Shown here one piece after another: positions 36,133 through 50,981 of a stretch of 64,000 nt of DNA (its first letter is position 1; every line of letters begins with the position of its first letter). Below the pieces are notes generated by a model. The model saw nothing but the letters and a program-made list of their open reading frames with translations. It did not search any database and was not told where the DNA came from. Position numbers and translations under genes: made by a program. Source of the DNA: Octopus bimaculoides (lineage: Eukaryota); NCBI RefSeq assembly GCF_001194135.2, contig NC_068998.1, forward strand, positions 46,032,607 to 46,096,606. The letters are read 5' to 3'.

Positions 36133-37548
36133 CAGTTATTTGATTGACTGAAATACCTAGACATCACGGTATCAACCAGGCTATCAGGTGTTGTTATACA
36201 CTGCTGGTCTGGGTTGGTAAAAATTCTACCAGCTCACTGCCTTGTTGTTCTTGTTCATGATGATGACGATAATGATCTTTTCCACTATAAGCATATGGCT
36301 TGAAATTTTGCTGGTGGGGAGGTGTCAGTTGATTACATCGATCCCAGTACACAACTGGTACTTATTTTATCAACCCTGAAAGGATGAAAGGCGGTTTGCA
36401 TTGCTTTTTAGCTTTCAAATGATGCCACCCCGCAGGGCTAGGCATGCAGGCCAACATACCTCCTGATCAGAAGGCTAGTCTGTTGCAGGGGTGACCCACT
36501 TACAGCCGAGTGGACTGGAGCAACGTGAAACGAAGTGTTTTGCTCAAGAACACAATGTGCTGCTCAGTCTGGGAATCGAACTCATGGTTACTAGATTGTG
36601 AGTCCAATACACTAACTGTTAGGCCACACGCTTTCACACCTGGACTTATACACTTTTAACTTAATTCTCAAACAGAATCTCTCTCTCACACACACACACA
36701 CACACACGCACACGCATGCACACACAGAGAGTGGTAATGGATTTCCATCGTTTGTCATGATGATTCAGTTAGTTAATCTATTGAACTAGCTACTCCTGAA
36801 TTAGAATATAAGTGGCTGAGTACTCCACAGACAGATGTTTCCCTTAATATGATTCTGAAGCAGAATCAGCAAGACACAATGTGGTGTATGACAAGCCTAT
36901 CTTTGAATTGCAGATACAGTTCCACTCAGTAGCCTTCCATACATTTTCCATTTCCCCAGTTTGACATACGAGTCATGGGTTATTCTGAGTCTATAGAAAA
37001 TGACATTTGCCCTCAGTGCCATGCAGTAAGATTGAACCCAGAACCTCAGGGTTGTGAACTGAATGTCTAAACTATTTGTCATGTGGGACACATGCATGAA
37101 TCGAAAGTGAATGTATACAGATGTATTAGTTTAAACATGTGCATGAGTGTAGATGTTCGTGCGTGTGCATGCATGGGTGTGTCGATGTGTGTATATATAT
37201 GTGCCATAACCTTTGAAGAACAGTAAATGTAACAGGAACCTCTGAAATTCAATCTGCCACTCCTTCTTTCGACAATAAACTCCATACACACTCACCACTC
37301 ACTATGCATACACATGTCAGGCATGACTAATTATTGTCTAACTATATTTATAACAAATTAGGAACTTTATACATTTCAGATTCTCTTGTATATGTAAGCA
37401 TGTGTGTGTGTGTGTGTGTGTGTGTATATACATCATCATCATCATTTAACGTCTGTTGCCCATGCTGGAAAGCTGGTGGGCTGCACTTTATAGAGCGTGC
37501 TGGTTACTTTTAAGTGGCACGGTACAGGCATATATATATATATATAGT

Positions 37549-37923
37549 GGAGGTGTAATGGCCCAGTGGTTAGGGCAGCAGACTCATGGTCGTGGGATCG
37601 CAGTTTTGATTTCCAGACCGGGCGTTGTGAGTGTTTATTGAGCGAAAATACCTAAAGCCTCACGAGGCTCTGGCAGGGGATGGTGGCGAACCTTGCTGTA
37701 CTCTTCCACCACAACTTTCTATCACTCTTACTTCCTGTTTCTGTTGTACCTGTGTGTCAAAGAGCCAGTCTTGTCACACTGTGTCACGCTGAATATCGCC
37801 GAGAACTACGTTAAGGATACACGTCTGTGGAGTGCTCAGGCACTCGCTCGTTAATTTCACGAGCAGGCTGTTCCGTAGATTGGGTCACCTAGAATCCTTG
37901 TCGTCGTAATTGATGGAGTACCA
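37549..37923 (+). mobile_element. SINE family C, full length (tRNA-like head ggaggtgtaatggcccagtggttagggcagc)
   Basis: A/B-box-like head; reverse-complement copy at 39736-40120. Confidence 0.85.
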
Positions 37924-37927
37924 TGAT

Positions 37928-38031
<104 letters not shown>

Positions 38032-38050
38032 TGTATGTATGTATGCATAC

Positions 38051-38094
<44 letters not shown>

Positions 38095-38264
38095 GGGTGA
38101 GTCAATGTAAGTGGGTATGCAAACACCACACATTTATATCCACCAAGGTTGCCCAGATTTGATTCTTTGTATGTGAACTCCAGATGTTTGTCTAACCTAT
38201 GCATGATGGGAAAACAGATGTAAAAATAATGATGATAATGATGTTTTGGTTTAATTATTTCTTA

Positions 38265-38447
38265 CAGTAATCACTCGCCATATTGCGGTTTATTATTTAA
38301 GCTTTTGTTGATTCCTCCATAATAGTGTTTTACATTTATAATAAAATAAATATATACAAATTATAAAAATATTCGCGGATTTTCACTTATCATGCAGGTG
38401 AGGCGACAAGGTGGAACATAACACCTGCGATAGTCAAGAGATTACTG
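38265..38447. mobile_element. Tigger-like MITE with TA target duplication
   Basis: TA|cagtaatcactc ... gagattactg|TA; sister copy at 49858-50077. Confidence 0.75.
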
Positions 38448-39735
38448 TATTCTGAAGTTGATGGTACAAACTAAGCCCCTCCCCTCAAATCTGCTAGCCT
38501 TGTGTCTAAATCAGAAACAATTAAGAACAGTGGACTGGCTGAATCATTAGTGCACAGGACAAAATGCTTTGCAGGATCTGTTCCAGTTTTTTACATTCTG
38601 AGTTCAAATTCTGCCACAGGATTGTGTTAACCTCCAGTGCCCAGTTTGGCACTGCTGGATACCTGTCCCAATGCCAACCACTTTACAGAGTGTGCTGGAA
38701 GCATTTTTTAAAGGAAATTCTCAGTAAAATTCCCCAAGCAGCTCACAAGATATGCTTGAGGCAGGCATAATTTTGAGAGAGATGACCAGGTGCCAGGTGT
38801 TGAAGGGCTAAAATATGATAGGGGGACACAAACAGGTGTCTTGTTGAAGAGGAGATACATGGCAACCCCAACAGGAAAGGAAGGAAGAATGGTGGAGATG
38901 AGATGTCAGGGCATACCCTAAAGGTACAAGAATGTAATTTAAAAGGGTAGATAAAAAAAGGAACATCACCAAAACTGGGATCTGGAACACTAATTAACAT
39001 GAAGCTATTATGCAAGGTTTTAACTTAGTTCACTTTAAAATAGGAAGTTTGTATTGTAGATCCAAGAGCAGTTGGGTATCAAAAGGATTGATAGTCATCC
39101 ATTATGATGCTATTTGTTGGTGTTACATAACTGATACTCACTTTGTGTATTATTTAGGAACACTGCAAAACAAATCTACTGCATCTTTTCTTAATACTTT
39201 CCAGCATACGTGATCATGGTGAGAGCAGGACAGCTCACTGCTAACATCTCTAATTTTCTTTTAAAGTCCTTGTGCTAGCATCAAACCATGGTCATTCAAT
39301 AACCTGTGGGTATTAGACTGATCAGGTTATTTTACAGGGTGGACCATGGATACTGTGGAAGACAGAATGCTAAACTAGCACCCCCAAAATCTCCTTCAAA
39401 TCATGTGGTTTAGGATGTACACAACCGAGGAAAATTAAAAAAAAAAGAAAAAGAAATGGATGTGATGGTCATGGTTGGAATGTTTTTGATCATCGATCAG
39501 CACAGACTAGGAACTAACCAATTAGCATTCAAATTATTTGGTCAAATGTAATATTTAATTTATTCACCTTCTTTTGAATTGATCATGCGCAATCTTGCAG
39601 CTTTGAGATTTTGATGATGTGATTGTTTATTTTTAGAATGACATATCGTAGGGAAAGATGTCAGAGGGGCCAAATCTGACCAGTTTGAATATAAAACAAA
39701 ATAAAACATTTTGACCAGATATGGCTGGTTTAAGT

Positions 39736-40120
39736 CGTTGGCACTCCGTCGGTTACGACGTCGAGGGTTCCAGTTGATCCGATCAACGGAACAGCCTGCT
39801 CATGAAATTAACGTGCATGTGGCTGAGCACTCCACAGACACGTGTACCCTTAACGTAGTTCTCGGGGATATTCAGTGTGACACAGAGTGTGACAAGGCTG
39901 ACCCTTTGAAATACAGGCACAACAGAAACAGGAAGAAAGAGTGAGAGAAAGTCGTGGTGGAAGAGTACAGCACGGTTCGCCACCATCCCCTACCAGAGCC
40001 TCGTGGAGCTTTAGGTGTTTTCGCTCAATAAACGCTCACAACGCCCGGTCTGGGAATTGAAACCGCGATCCTATGACCGCGAGTTCGCTGCCCTAACCAC
40101 TGGACCATTGCGCCTCCACT
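39736..40120 (-). mobile_element. SINE family C, full length, with 12-bp target-site duplication
   Basis: gctggtttaagt at 39724-39735 and 40121-40132. Confidence 0.88.
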
Positions 40121-41209
40121 GCTGGTTTAAGTACTAAAGGGTTAAACAACAACACCTAGGTCGTTGCCACCCTCATCACCATCTTCCCACCCTCATCATC
40201 ATTTACTACCTACGCTACTACTTCACTGTTGTCTACACCCTACCACCACCTATGCTCTACACCATCTCGCCCTCCAATCAATTCTGCACTTGTTGTTCCC
40301 CCACAGTGATCCCTACATTCCAAGATATCATACTTCCCATTCACTTCTCTCTCACTTCCCTTTCGTTTCTCCCACAGAATGACATTTTGCAATTAAAGAG
40401 AAGCATCCAACAAAAAAAATAAAAATTAAATTAATTAAATAAATGAATAAAATTAAGAAACATTCGATGGGCGCTGCCCCTTCTTTGTTAGAGTAATGAG
40501 TGAAAAATAATTTAAAACAAAAACCTAAATATATTTTTTTAATATCTCAAAATTCTGTGATAACATCAACGGGGAGAGGTGTGTGATAAATGGCAGATAT
40601 TTTTTGATAAGGTATTTGATAACACATACCAACAGCTTGCTTCTGTAGGTAAATAAATATTTAAATAGGGACGAGGTGCTTGCAATAACAACAACAACAA
40701 CAATAATAATAATAGTGGTGTTGATAATGATGATGATGATGATTTATTTGCCACAGGGGTGACAGATAAAAAGCATATTACAAAGATAGATTACAGTTTG
40801 TGTTTTTGGGGTTACATAAAATCAGGTGAGGAGATAACACAGGGGAGAAATGAGGTGACAGATATATTTAGTGTTGTAGATATATGAATACATTTTTTTC
40901 TTCTATAGGCACAAGACCTGATATTCGCAGGGAAGGGGTTAGTCAATTACATCAACCCCAGTATTCAACTGATACTTATTTTATTGACCCCGAAAGGATG
41001 GATGGCGAAGTTGGCCTCGGTGGAATTTAAACTCAGTACATACAGACAGACGAACTGCCACTAAGCATTTAAAATTTTTTAATTTTTTTAATTCAGGTCA
41101 TTAGGACACTGAAAAAAATTCTTAGCGGCATGTCGTCTGTCTCTACATTCTGAGTTCAAATCCCACAAAAGTCAATCTTGCCTTTCATCCTTTCAGGGTC
41201 TGTAAAAGA

Positions 41210-41430
41210 GTTAATACATACAGAAGGGATGAGAGAGCGCACCCTTGATGGACTGAGTGCAAGATTCTGAATGGTTCTGACAGGTGACCATTCACCTGAA
41301 CAACCAAGCAGATGTCGCTGTACAAAGCAGCGATCCAATCATGGAAAACCGGACCAAAACTGGCTATCAAAGGCTTTAGACTAATCTAAATTGATCAGAG
41401 TCCCACCCATGCCAGCTTCATTACTCACCC
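41210..41430 (-). mobile_element. Tx1/L1-clade reverse transcriptase fragment
   Basis: GMGGTLINLD*SKAFD then FGPVFHDWIAALYSD...VNGHLSEPFRILHSVHQGCALSSLLYVL (SLDxxKAFD and RQGCPLSP motifs, decayed). Confidence 0.8.
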
Positions 41431-41493
41431 TCTCTATAATGTAGCACATGAGGTGGAGGTTGTTGCGAATAGTCCTGGTTGGGATGGCACATG

Positions 41494-41640
41494 CTTGCAC
41501 AATAATGATAATAATAATGATAATAATAATGATAATAATAATGATAATAATAATGATAATAATAATGATAATAATAATGATGATAATAATGATGATAATA
41601 ATGATGATAATAATGATGATAATAATGATGATAATAATAA
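41494..41640. repeat. (AATAATGAT)n / (AATAATGATGAT)n compound repeat
   Basis: Directly visible. Confidence 0.9.
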
Positions 41641-44409
41641 TTTCAAATTTTGGCTCTAAGCTTGCAATTTCGAAGAAGAAGGCTAAGTTGATTACATTGA
41701 CCCCAGTGCATAACTGGTACTTATTTTAACAACTCTGAAAGGATGGACAAAGCTTGTCTCAACTAGAATTGGGGCTCTGAACACAAAGGGCTGGAAGTAA
41801 TGCCACAAAGCATTCCTGTCAAACATGTTACTGATTCTGCTAGCTCACTGTAATAAAGGGCTTAGTGGAGGTGCTAAACCAGAATGAAGGATTAAGTTTA
41901 CCATTCAAAAGTAGAAATGGTCCCTCTTTATGGGCTCTCAATCAAGTTTTGTTCAACCAAATTTCATTTGCAAGACTTTGGTAGAAGACACTTGTACAAA
42001 GTGTCACTGAGTGGAATTGAACTTGAAATCCCTGAATTGCCAGAAAAATTTCTTAATCACATAGCTATGACTGAATGGTTAAGTAAATCACTGCAAGATT
42101 TGAAGTCAGAATGTAAAAGGGACATATCTAAATACCACAAGGTATCTTGTTTTTTATTTGATGCTCTACCAATTCTTTTAAAGGGAGTCTCATGGCTAGG
42201 ATACCTCCGATAAGAGATCTGCTCAGTTAAGGTTGACCAAGGGCTAATCAACAATAGCAGCTATGTCTGAGCTAATAATATAGATTCCCCACATTGGGAT
42301 ACAGCCAGAAATTTGCCCATTAACATTGATCTCAAACGTAGTTCATCGACCTTAGAAGACATGAAAGACAAAACATTGAGCAACAAAACTATGTAGAGTA
42401 AAGCCGCAGTCATTCTGTAAACAGTCGAATAAACGGAAACTGGTGATGGACCGTGTTGGCAATTAGTGAGGACAGACAGTGCAAATGTGAAATAAATTGG
42501 TGAGCAGTGCAGAAGCTGAAAAGTGAAATGTTTTGTGTAGAAAGAACCCTTTGATATAGAAGAGCTAAGAATCAGCCAATATATTTTGTCTGTCTTTATA
42601 TTCTGAATTCAGTTTCGGCTGAGGTCATCTTTACCTTTCGTCTTTTCAAGGTTGATAAAAATACGTACCAGTTGAGCACTGGGGTCGATGTAATCAACTT
42701 ACCCACTCCCCTAAACTTACTGGCCTTGTGCCAGAAAGTTTAGGGAAGTGGGTATGTCAATACCCAGAAACTGGGGTCCGTGTGTATCACATCAGATTGA
42801 AGATGGGAAGGATGACTTCCCTTTGCAAATACCGACAGGGCACAGAAAGTGTGTCAATAGCCAGCTAGAGGAGGTGTCCTCCTGGGGCTACAAACTACAG
42901 TAGCATCCACCCTTGGCAAATCAGTCAATATCATCAATTAGTCCCAATATATTTGGGGTTGATATCACAGTTTAATATAGTTTTTTTATTAGCTTTAATA
43001 CTGAGTCATCGCGATAGACATACACAGACATATCGATAGCATGTCCAAAGAATCAATATGATTTCTAGACAAACAAACACACAGACATATCTAGCAATAC
43101 TCTCTCTCTCTCCTCTAACTTGGACCAGATGCAACCATAACGCTATCCTAACAGCAACAGCAACACTATCCTAACAGCATTGCTAACAACACCATCCCAA
43201 GTACAACATCATTACATCACCCAAACAATACCATGTTTATCAGGACAGACAAACATAAAACACACATGTAAACCAATTATGCCCGCTAATATATAATCCA
43301 AGTAATGAATTATTAAAGTTTATTTCTCCTAATAACTATAATAATATTATGTATACACTCCAATACAAGTTACTAATTAACTATTAAAGGAATACATAAT
43401 ACAATTTATTAACTCTATTCTATAATGACACTATGTACACACTGTCATATAATTAATTAATTAACCATTAAAGGAACTAGTCATTAGCAATTATATCTTC
43501 CTGGTCAATGTAACTGAATAATTCCAGTATACAATAGCATCTCTGTCAAAAATGGTTCCTACCTCTAAATTAAGATTCATAGTATTATGATATACAGCAT
43601 GAATTTTTTTTACATTCATGTAACACTACAATATAATACACACCATCATCAACACTCACATGTGTATTTATACCACAATGGTATATAACAACTACACTGA
43701 CACTCTGTCGGTTATGACGATGAGAGTTCCAGTTGATCCGATCAGCGATTCAGCCAGCTCATGAAATTAACGTACAAGTGGCTGAGCACTCCACAGACGC
43801 GTATATGCCTGGATGTAGTTCCCAGGGAGAGTCAGTGTGACATAGAATGTGACAAGGCCGACCCTTTGAGATTTTTGCCAGCTGAGTGAAGTGGAGCAAT
43901 GTGAAATAAAGTGTCTTGCTCAAGAACACAACTTGTCACCGGGAATTGAAAACACAACCTTACGGTCATGAGCCGAGTGCCTTAACCACTAAGCCACAAA
44001 CATCCACAACATGACCTTACAATTGTAGGCCAAATGCCTTGACCACTAAGCCATGGGCCTTCATGAATATTGGTATATATAGAACATGTATATAATACTG
44101 TTTATGGCTATGTTATATTACACCATTTTGCAAATCTCACATATATACTCATATGTACAGATTGCAAACCTGCACATATGCACACACCACACACTCAATA
44201 TCTATATTACAAACACACATGCAAATACACACACAGAGACACACAGACATGCATGCATGCACACAAAAATACACACACACAGTACATATCTATACCACAC
44301 ATTCATACGTACATAAACACACAAACCCATTCACAAACACACACTCCCACCACACTACATATATATACTACACACACACACAGATACACACACAAAAGGA
44401 TGCATACAC

Positions 44410-44442
<33 letters not shown>

Positions 44443-44529
44443 TACACAATCACACACAAACTACCTGACACAGCATTGCTCTGTTGACCATAAGTTTACC
44501 TTGCCAAATTATTAAAACATTTTTTGGCA

Positions 44530-45214
44530 CGAGCTTACTACTACTACTACTACTACAGACACCACTACCACCACCACTGCTGCTGTTGCTGCTGCAGCTA
44601 GGAAATCCATCATCACAACTACAACCTTCATTGCAACCAGAAATACCACTACTACCATGACCACCACTACATTAACCATCACAATCACAGTCACCATTGC
44701 AACAACCACCTCAACCACTGCTAACACCACCACCACATATCCATTGCAACAATAGCCACAACACTCAGCCACCACAACCACCACCACCACAGCAACAACA
44801 ATGACCTACCACAACCAATGCCATAACAACAAACTGAACTACAACCATCACCACAACTCAACTTTTACAGCTACTACTGCTGCTGCCACCACCACAAACA
44901 ACGCCATAACAACAACAACCACAACCACCATCACCACAACAACAACCACTACTATAATTATTACCACTACCACCACAACCTATGCCTTAACAACCACCAC
45001 CACCACCACTGCAACAATTACTACTACTACCACCACCATCACCACCATTATCAACTCCACCACCACCACCACCACTGCAACAATTACTACTACTACTACC
45101 ACCACCACCACCATCACCACCATTACCAACGCCACCACCATCACTACTACTAAAACCACTACCACTGCCACCACAACCAATACCATAACAATCACAACCA
45201 CTACAATAACAATG

Positions 45215-45261
<47 letters not shown>

Positions 45262-45310
45262 TACTACTAATGCAATTACTACTACTACTACTACTACCAC
45301 CATCACAACA
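44530..45310. repeat. Long degenerate (ACC/ACT/ACA)n trinucleotide tract
   Basis: Directly visible; source of poly-T/poly-V ORFs. Confidence 0.9.
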
Positions 45311-45591
45311 TGGTGTAAACTAGGTAGTTGATGATGAGTATTACTGTTGATTGGCTAGTGTCCTATCCAGGTGATTGATGTACAGTTGCCACTATTTCAC
45401 CACATCATTCACTTACGCTCCCCTCCTCTCACCCATCACTCACATCTCTAACATCTTTCTTCTCGGTGTGGAAGAGGGGGCGGTTAGGTATTTTAAAGAT
45501 GGAGGGACAATGCCCACATACTGCATACCTGCATGTATTTGTATGTTATGTATGCAATGTATGTGCAAATTGAACATATGCATGTCAATGA

Positions 45592-45654
<63 letters not shown>

Positions 45655-45664
45655 AGTGCAAGCA

Positions 45665-46045
45665 TGACTGTACAGTAAGAAGCTTACTTCCCGACCACAT
45701 GGTACTGGGTTCAGTCTCATAACATGACACATTGGACCAGTATGTTCTATAGCCCTGGGCCAACCAAAGCCTTGTGAGTGGATTTGGTTGATAGAAATTG
45801 AAAGAAGCTCTTCATATACATATGTATGTATATATATCTATGGTGTGTCTTTATGTCTGTTTTGTCCCTCTCCACCACCTGACAGCTGGTGTTGGTGTGT
45901 TTACATCCCTGTAACTTAGAGGTTTGGCAAAGAGTTCGATAGAATAAGTACCAAGCTTTAAAATAACTACTGGTGGAGGGGGGTGATTCATTTGACAAAT
46001 TCTTCAAAGTAGTGTCCCAGCATGGCCACAGTCTAATGAATGAAG
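45665..46045 (+). mobile_element. SINE family A, diverged
   Basis: Collinear with 48161-48555. Confidence 0.75.
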
Positions 46046-46108
46046 CAAGCAAAAGATAAAAGACATATGTATACACTATGTGTGCATACAGCATATGTGT
46101 GTGTGTGT

Positions 46109-46153
<45 letters not shown>

Positions 46154-46769
46154 GTATGTCTATAATGTGTGTGTGTGTTTGTATGAGGAGGGAGTACCTA
46201 GCCACACTTCAGTTGCCAAAGAACATCTTAAGTCATCTAAACGAAGCATTATTCATTTGGAGCATGTAATTAATGATGAATAATTAATAATTAGGTCTGT
46301 GGCATAATGAAGTCTCTTTGCTATTCAAATGGCGAAGAAATGAAACTGAAATATAAATTTCAGATACATTATACAAAGAAGATGTGTGTGTATGTGTATG
46401 TGTGTGTGTGTGTTGCAGCATATGTTGCAAGGTGTATGTAACGTGTGTAAATAGTGTTTGTGTATATAGTATGTTTTCTTAGTTGATTTAATGGTGTGTG
46501 TGTGTGTGTGGGGAGGGACACAGTATTTTAAAACTTTTTGGTACAGCCCCCCCCCCAACACCACCACTAACACCACATAGGTGAAGGGGTGAAGAGTAGT
46601 TAGTGCACTATGGCGGTCATGGTGGGGTAGATAGTGACTGGTGTGGGATGACTGGTAATGTGACTAATATATTTATAGCAAGAGTCTTTAATCTCACTGT
46701 TGGGGGATTATATTAATCTTTTCTGGCTAGATGATGATAATAATAGTAATTATAATAATAATAATAATA

Positions 46770-46985
46770 ATCCTTTCTACAATAGGCACAAGGCCTGGAA
46801 TTTGGGGGAGGTGTATGTCGATTACATTGACCCAGTATTCAACTGGTACTTAATTTATCAACCCTGAAAGGATGAAAGGCAAAGTCAACCCTAGCAGAAT
46901 TTGAACTTAGAGCATGAAGACAGACAAAAAGCTGCTAAGCATTTTGCCCAATGTGCTAAGATCCTACCAGCTGCCTTAATTATAA

Positions 46986-47025
<40 letters not shown>

Positions 47026-47151
47026 CCTTTCTACTACAGGCTCAAGGTGTGGATTTTTATGGCGAGGGAAACAATTGATCACATTGACCCCAGTACTTGA
47101 CTGGTACTTAATTTATCAACCCTGAAAGGATTCTGCTCACTCACCACTTTA

Positions 47152-47183
<32 letters not shown>

Positions 47184-47350
47184 TCTTTCTACTAAAGGCA
47201 CAATTTTGTGGGAAAGGACTAGTTGATAACATTGACCCCCAGTGTTTCACAGGTACTTAAATTAGCAACCCCGATAGGATGAAAAGCAAAGTCGACCTCG
47301 GTGGAATTTGAACCCAGAGTGTAGCGACGGGTGAAATACTGCTATGCATT
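46770..47350 (-). mobile_element. Array of three SINE family B copies with (AAT)n spacers
   Basis: Repeated acattgaccc...ctggtacttaatttatcaaccctgaaagga. Confidence 0.8.
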
Positions 47351-48160
47351 TTGATATGTATTGACTGGTAAATTAGAGGTGATATAAAATGTAAACCACA
47401 GAGAGGTGGTGGTTAAATATTTCTGAGAAAGTTAGAGGTAAAGACAGAATAACAATACTTGTAACGACGTGGTCAAAGGACATGATTGGACACAAACAAT
47501 GAGAAATTGGCAATGTGACCAGACATTGTTATTAATGATTCAGTATAATGTGTAATATGATCAACAGGACAAGTCCTATTGACATTTATTTTTCTCGATT
47601 TTAATTAAAGAGCTGCAAATATAGCAAATAGCAATTGTCATAAACACAGGATCAGAAATCCTGAATAGAGGTGATGCATAATTGCTATAACCACAGGATC
47701 ACATGTATATACATACCAGGGGAATATAATTGCAAAAGCCACGAAGCCATATATTTATTGGAGTAAGAAATATAATATCACCAGTTGATATATATATGTG
47801 TGTGTGTGTGTGTGTGAAATTCTGTCAGTGGATATGTTTGTGGAGTTGTTAGCTAACTCCTGCTACATTGTTTTATCGATTTTGATGAAACTTGAACTCA
47901 TGCCTGGAAACCTCATGGCATACTCAGATTGTTGAAAAAAGATCGATAATAGAGCCCCTGGTAGGGATCCTTCTATATAGCCAAGGGAAATAACCCATTC
48001 ATTTTCCTAAATTATTTGGTAAAAATGAAATTGAGCAAGCTTATTTCTTAGTATTTGAACTGTTAGAGTTATTTTCGCAATTTATCCAGTACAACCCTTA
48101 AACAAGTGAATAATATTTTCCTAAACAATAGATCCACTCATTTTGGTTAGTGACTTATTC

Positions 48161-48555
48161 AGGAGTGGCTGTGTGGTAAGTAACTTGCTTACCAACCACA
48201 TGGTTCCAGGTTCAATCCCACTGCGTGGCATCTTGGGCAAATGTCTTCTACTATAGCCTCGGGCCAACCAAAGCCTTGTGAGTGGATTTGGTAGACGGAA
48301 ACTGAAAGAAGCCTGTCGTATATATGTGTGTGTGTGTGTGTGTATGTTTGTGTGTCTGTATTTGTCCCCCCAACATCGCTTGACAACCGATGCTGGTGTG
48401 TTTACGTCTCTGTAACTTAGCAGTTCGGCAAAATAGACCGATAGAATAAGTACTAGGCTTACAAAGAATAAGTCCTGGGGTCGATTAGTTCGACTAAAGG
48501 CGGTGCTCCAGCATGGCCGCAGTCAAATGACTGAAACAAGTAAAAGAGTAAAAGA
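48161..48555 (+). mobile_element. SINE family A, near-consensus full length
   Basis: Head ggagtggctgtgtggtaag...ggttcaatccc (A/B boxes), core cttgggcaaatgtcttctactatagcc, tail (gtaaaaga)n. Confidence 0.9.
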
Positions 48556-49182
48556 ATATACCAACACTAGCACCCCTAAGGGTAATATTCTCTGGGAACG
48601 CACCAAAGCACTTTTCAGAGTTATTTACTTTAAATTGTTATCTCATATCTAATTAACCTGTTATTACATAACATGCTTCACAATTTTAGTATACATACCT
48701 TATTAGTATTTCCTCCTATGTTCTATATACTTTGGGAACGCATTAAAGCCCTTTTCGGGGTTATTTTATTTGCGTTCTTATTATTGGGTAACTAATTTCA
48801 TGTTATTACATAACTGACTTCACAATTTGGGTATTCATAACTTATTGCGAATTCCTAAAAACAAGATCCTGTGTAAGACAGTTCGGTATTCTCTGTAAAC
48901 GCACAAAAACCGTTTTAAGGGCTACATACTTTGTATTGTTGTTAATAGATAATAAGTATATAATTAGTAACAGGTACAAGGCCAAATATAAGGGTGAAAG
49001 TATGTAACCAATGCCATTAAGCAAAGACTTATTTCCCTGTTTATTTTATGTCACAGTTGGTAAACAACGTGGCTATTGGTCAAAGGTTTCCAAGAGACAA
49101 CCAATCACTGGCTTATAAAACTAACCAGAGTGAAGTAAGGAACACTTCCTCGCATAACTTTCCTCCTTATTGCTCAATCCAT

Positions 49183-49252
<70 letters not shown>

Positions 49253-49598
49253 AAACACATGCACAGGCTTCCATCATATTACAGAAGCAGTCAGTGTCCA
49301 TGAAAATCTTGCTGTATCATGGGATTTCGTGATAGGAAATGTATTCTTCATACACTTCCATGTGACATGAAAGTCAACAGGGAAATAAATTTTGGCATCA
49401 CACATTCACAAAGTTACATGTTATGAGCAAGATCTATTAGAAATGCGACACTTTTAGAGTATAGGCTACATCAGGATAACATATAAATGGAAATAAACAC
49501 GCGCACACACACACACATGCATGCAACTAAATATATATATATTTACACACATTAATACACACACATATATGTAAATATATATATGGACATACATGTGC

Positions 49599-49633
<35 letters not shown>

Positions 49634-49857
49634 CATGCATGTACATGTAAATATTTACATCTACACGTGTCCATGAAATATTTATATATACACACACGGA
49701 TATATACACATTCATAAGCTAATAAATACGCACGCATATATATATAGATATGCCACATATATGTAAATGTATACACATGTATATGTACAAATGTGTATGT
49801 ACATATATACGTGTGTATACATTCATATATGTGGACATGTCTATATATATGTGTATA

Positions 49858-50077
49858 CAGTAATCCCTCACGCTTCACCTATCATGGTTGTTTATTATTT
49901 AAGCTTACATCGATTGCTCTGTGGTGTTGTTTTGAATTTATAATAAAATAAATATATACAAATTATGAAAATAATAAAAAAAAATATACAGTACAGTACT
50001 GTTTCTATTTTGTGGATTTTCACTTATCATGGGGTGGTGGTTTGGAACGTAACAAGCATGATAGTTGAGGGATTACT
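49858..50077. mobile_element. Tigger-like MITE with TA target duplication
   Basis: TA|cagtaatccctc ... gagggattactg|TA. Confidence 0.8.
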
Positions 50078-50446
50078 GTACACCTAAATACATACACACA
50101 CATATATGTACATGTAAATATATATATATATATATATATATATACATGCATGTTTGAACCTAAAGCATAAAAGGCCATAACAAAATACTGAATTCAAATT
50201 TTGGCACAAGGCCAGCAATTACAGGGGTGCGAGTAAGCCAATTACACTGACCTGTGTTCAACTGGTCCTTATTTTATCGACCATGAAAGGATGAAAGGCA
50301 AAGTCGACCTTGGCAGAATTTGAACTCAGAATGTAGAGGCAGATGAAATACAGCTAAGCATTTCACGCAGCATGTTAATGATTCTGCTTGTAATAGATTA
50401 TTATACAGCATAGATTTGGACAGGCCATGGTGGAAAAGTTATCAGC

Positions 50447-50824
50447 TACTCTTTTACTTGTTTCAGTCATTTGACTGCGGCCATGCTGGAGCACCGCCTT
50501 TTTAGTCGAGCAAATCGATCCCAGGACTTATTCTTTGTGAGCCTAGTACTTATTCCCAGCTAAGTTACGGGGACGTAAACACGCCACCATCGGTTGTCAA
50601 GCGATGGTGGGGGGACAAACACAGACACACAAACACATATATATATACATATACATATATACGATGGGCTTCTTTCAGTTTCCGTCTACCAAAATCCACT
50701 CACAAGGCTTTGGTCGGCCCGAGGCTATAGTAGAAGGCACCTGCCCAAAGTGCCACGCAGTGGGACTGAACCCGAAACTACGTGGTCTGTAAGCAAGCTA
50801 CTTACCACACAGCCACTCCTACGC
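50447..50824 (-). mobile_element. SINE family A, near full length
   Basis: Reverse complement of 48161-48555 with a short internal deletion. Confidence 0.85.
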
Positions 50825-50981
50825 CTTCTGTCTTAGAGCCATAACAAAATATTGCAAGACATTTCTTTCTGAGAACTTGAACAATTCTGTCAATCTACTA
50901 CCTCAATGACAACAACAACAACAACAACATCCACACCAACACCAACAACAACAATGGAGGGACGAAAACAATTGAACTTAC

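Noticed and set aside
37549-37620. tRNA-like sequences (also 40045-40117 and the heads of family A)
   Set aside because: They continue into SINE bodies and lack a complete cloverleaf; treated as SINE heads
40378-40422. Plus-strand acceptor followed by NDILQLKRSIQQKK-stop
   Set aside because: No upstream plus-strand exon chain found; the pyrimidine tract is part of low-complexity sequence
45410-45480. Strong minus-strand donor GAGC|GTAAGT near 45416
   Set aside because: No good acceptor upstream and all frames stop shortly before it
48594-48845. Degenerate ~140-bp direct duplication (tgggaacgca...gttattacataac...cttcacaatt)
   Set aside because: Real but old, with no ORF, termini or structure suggesting function
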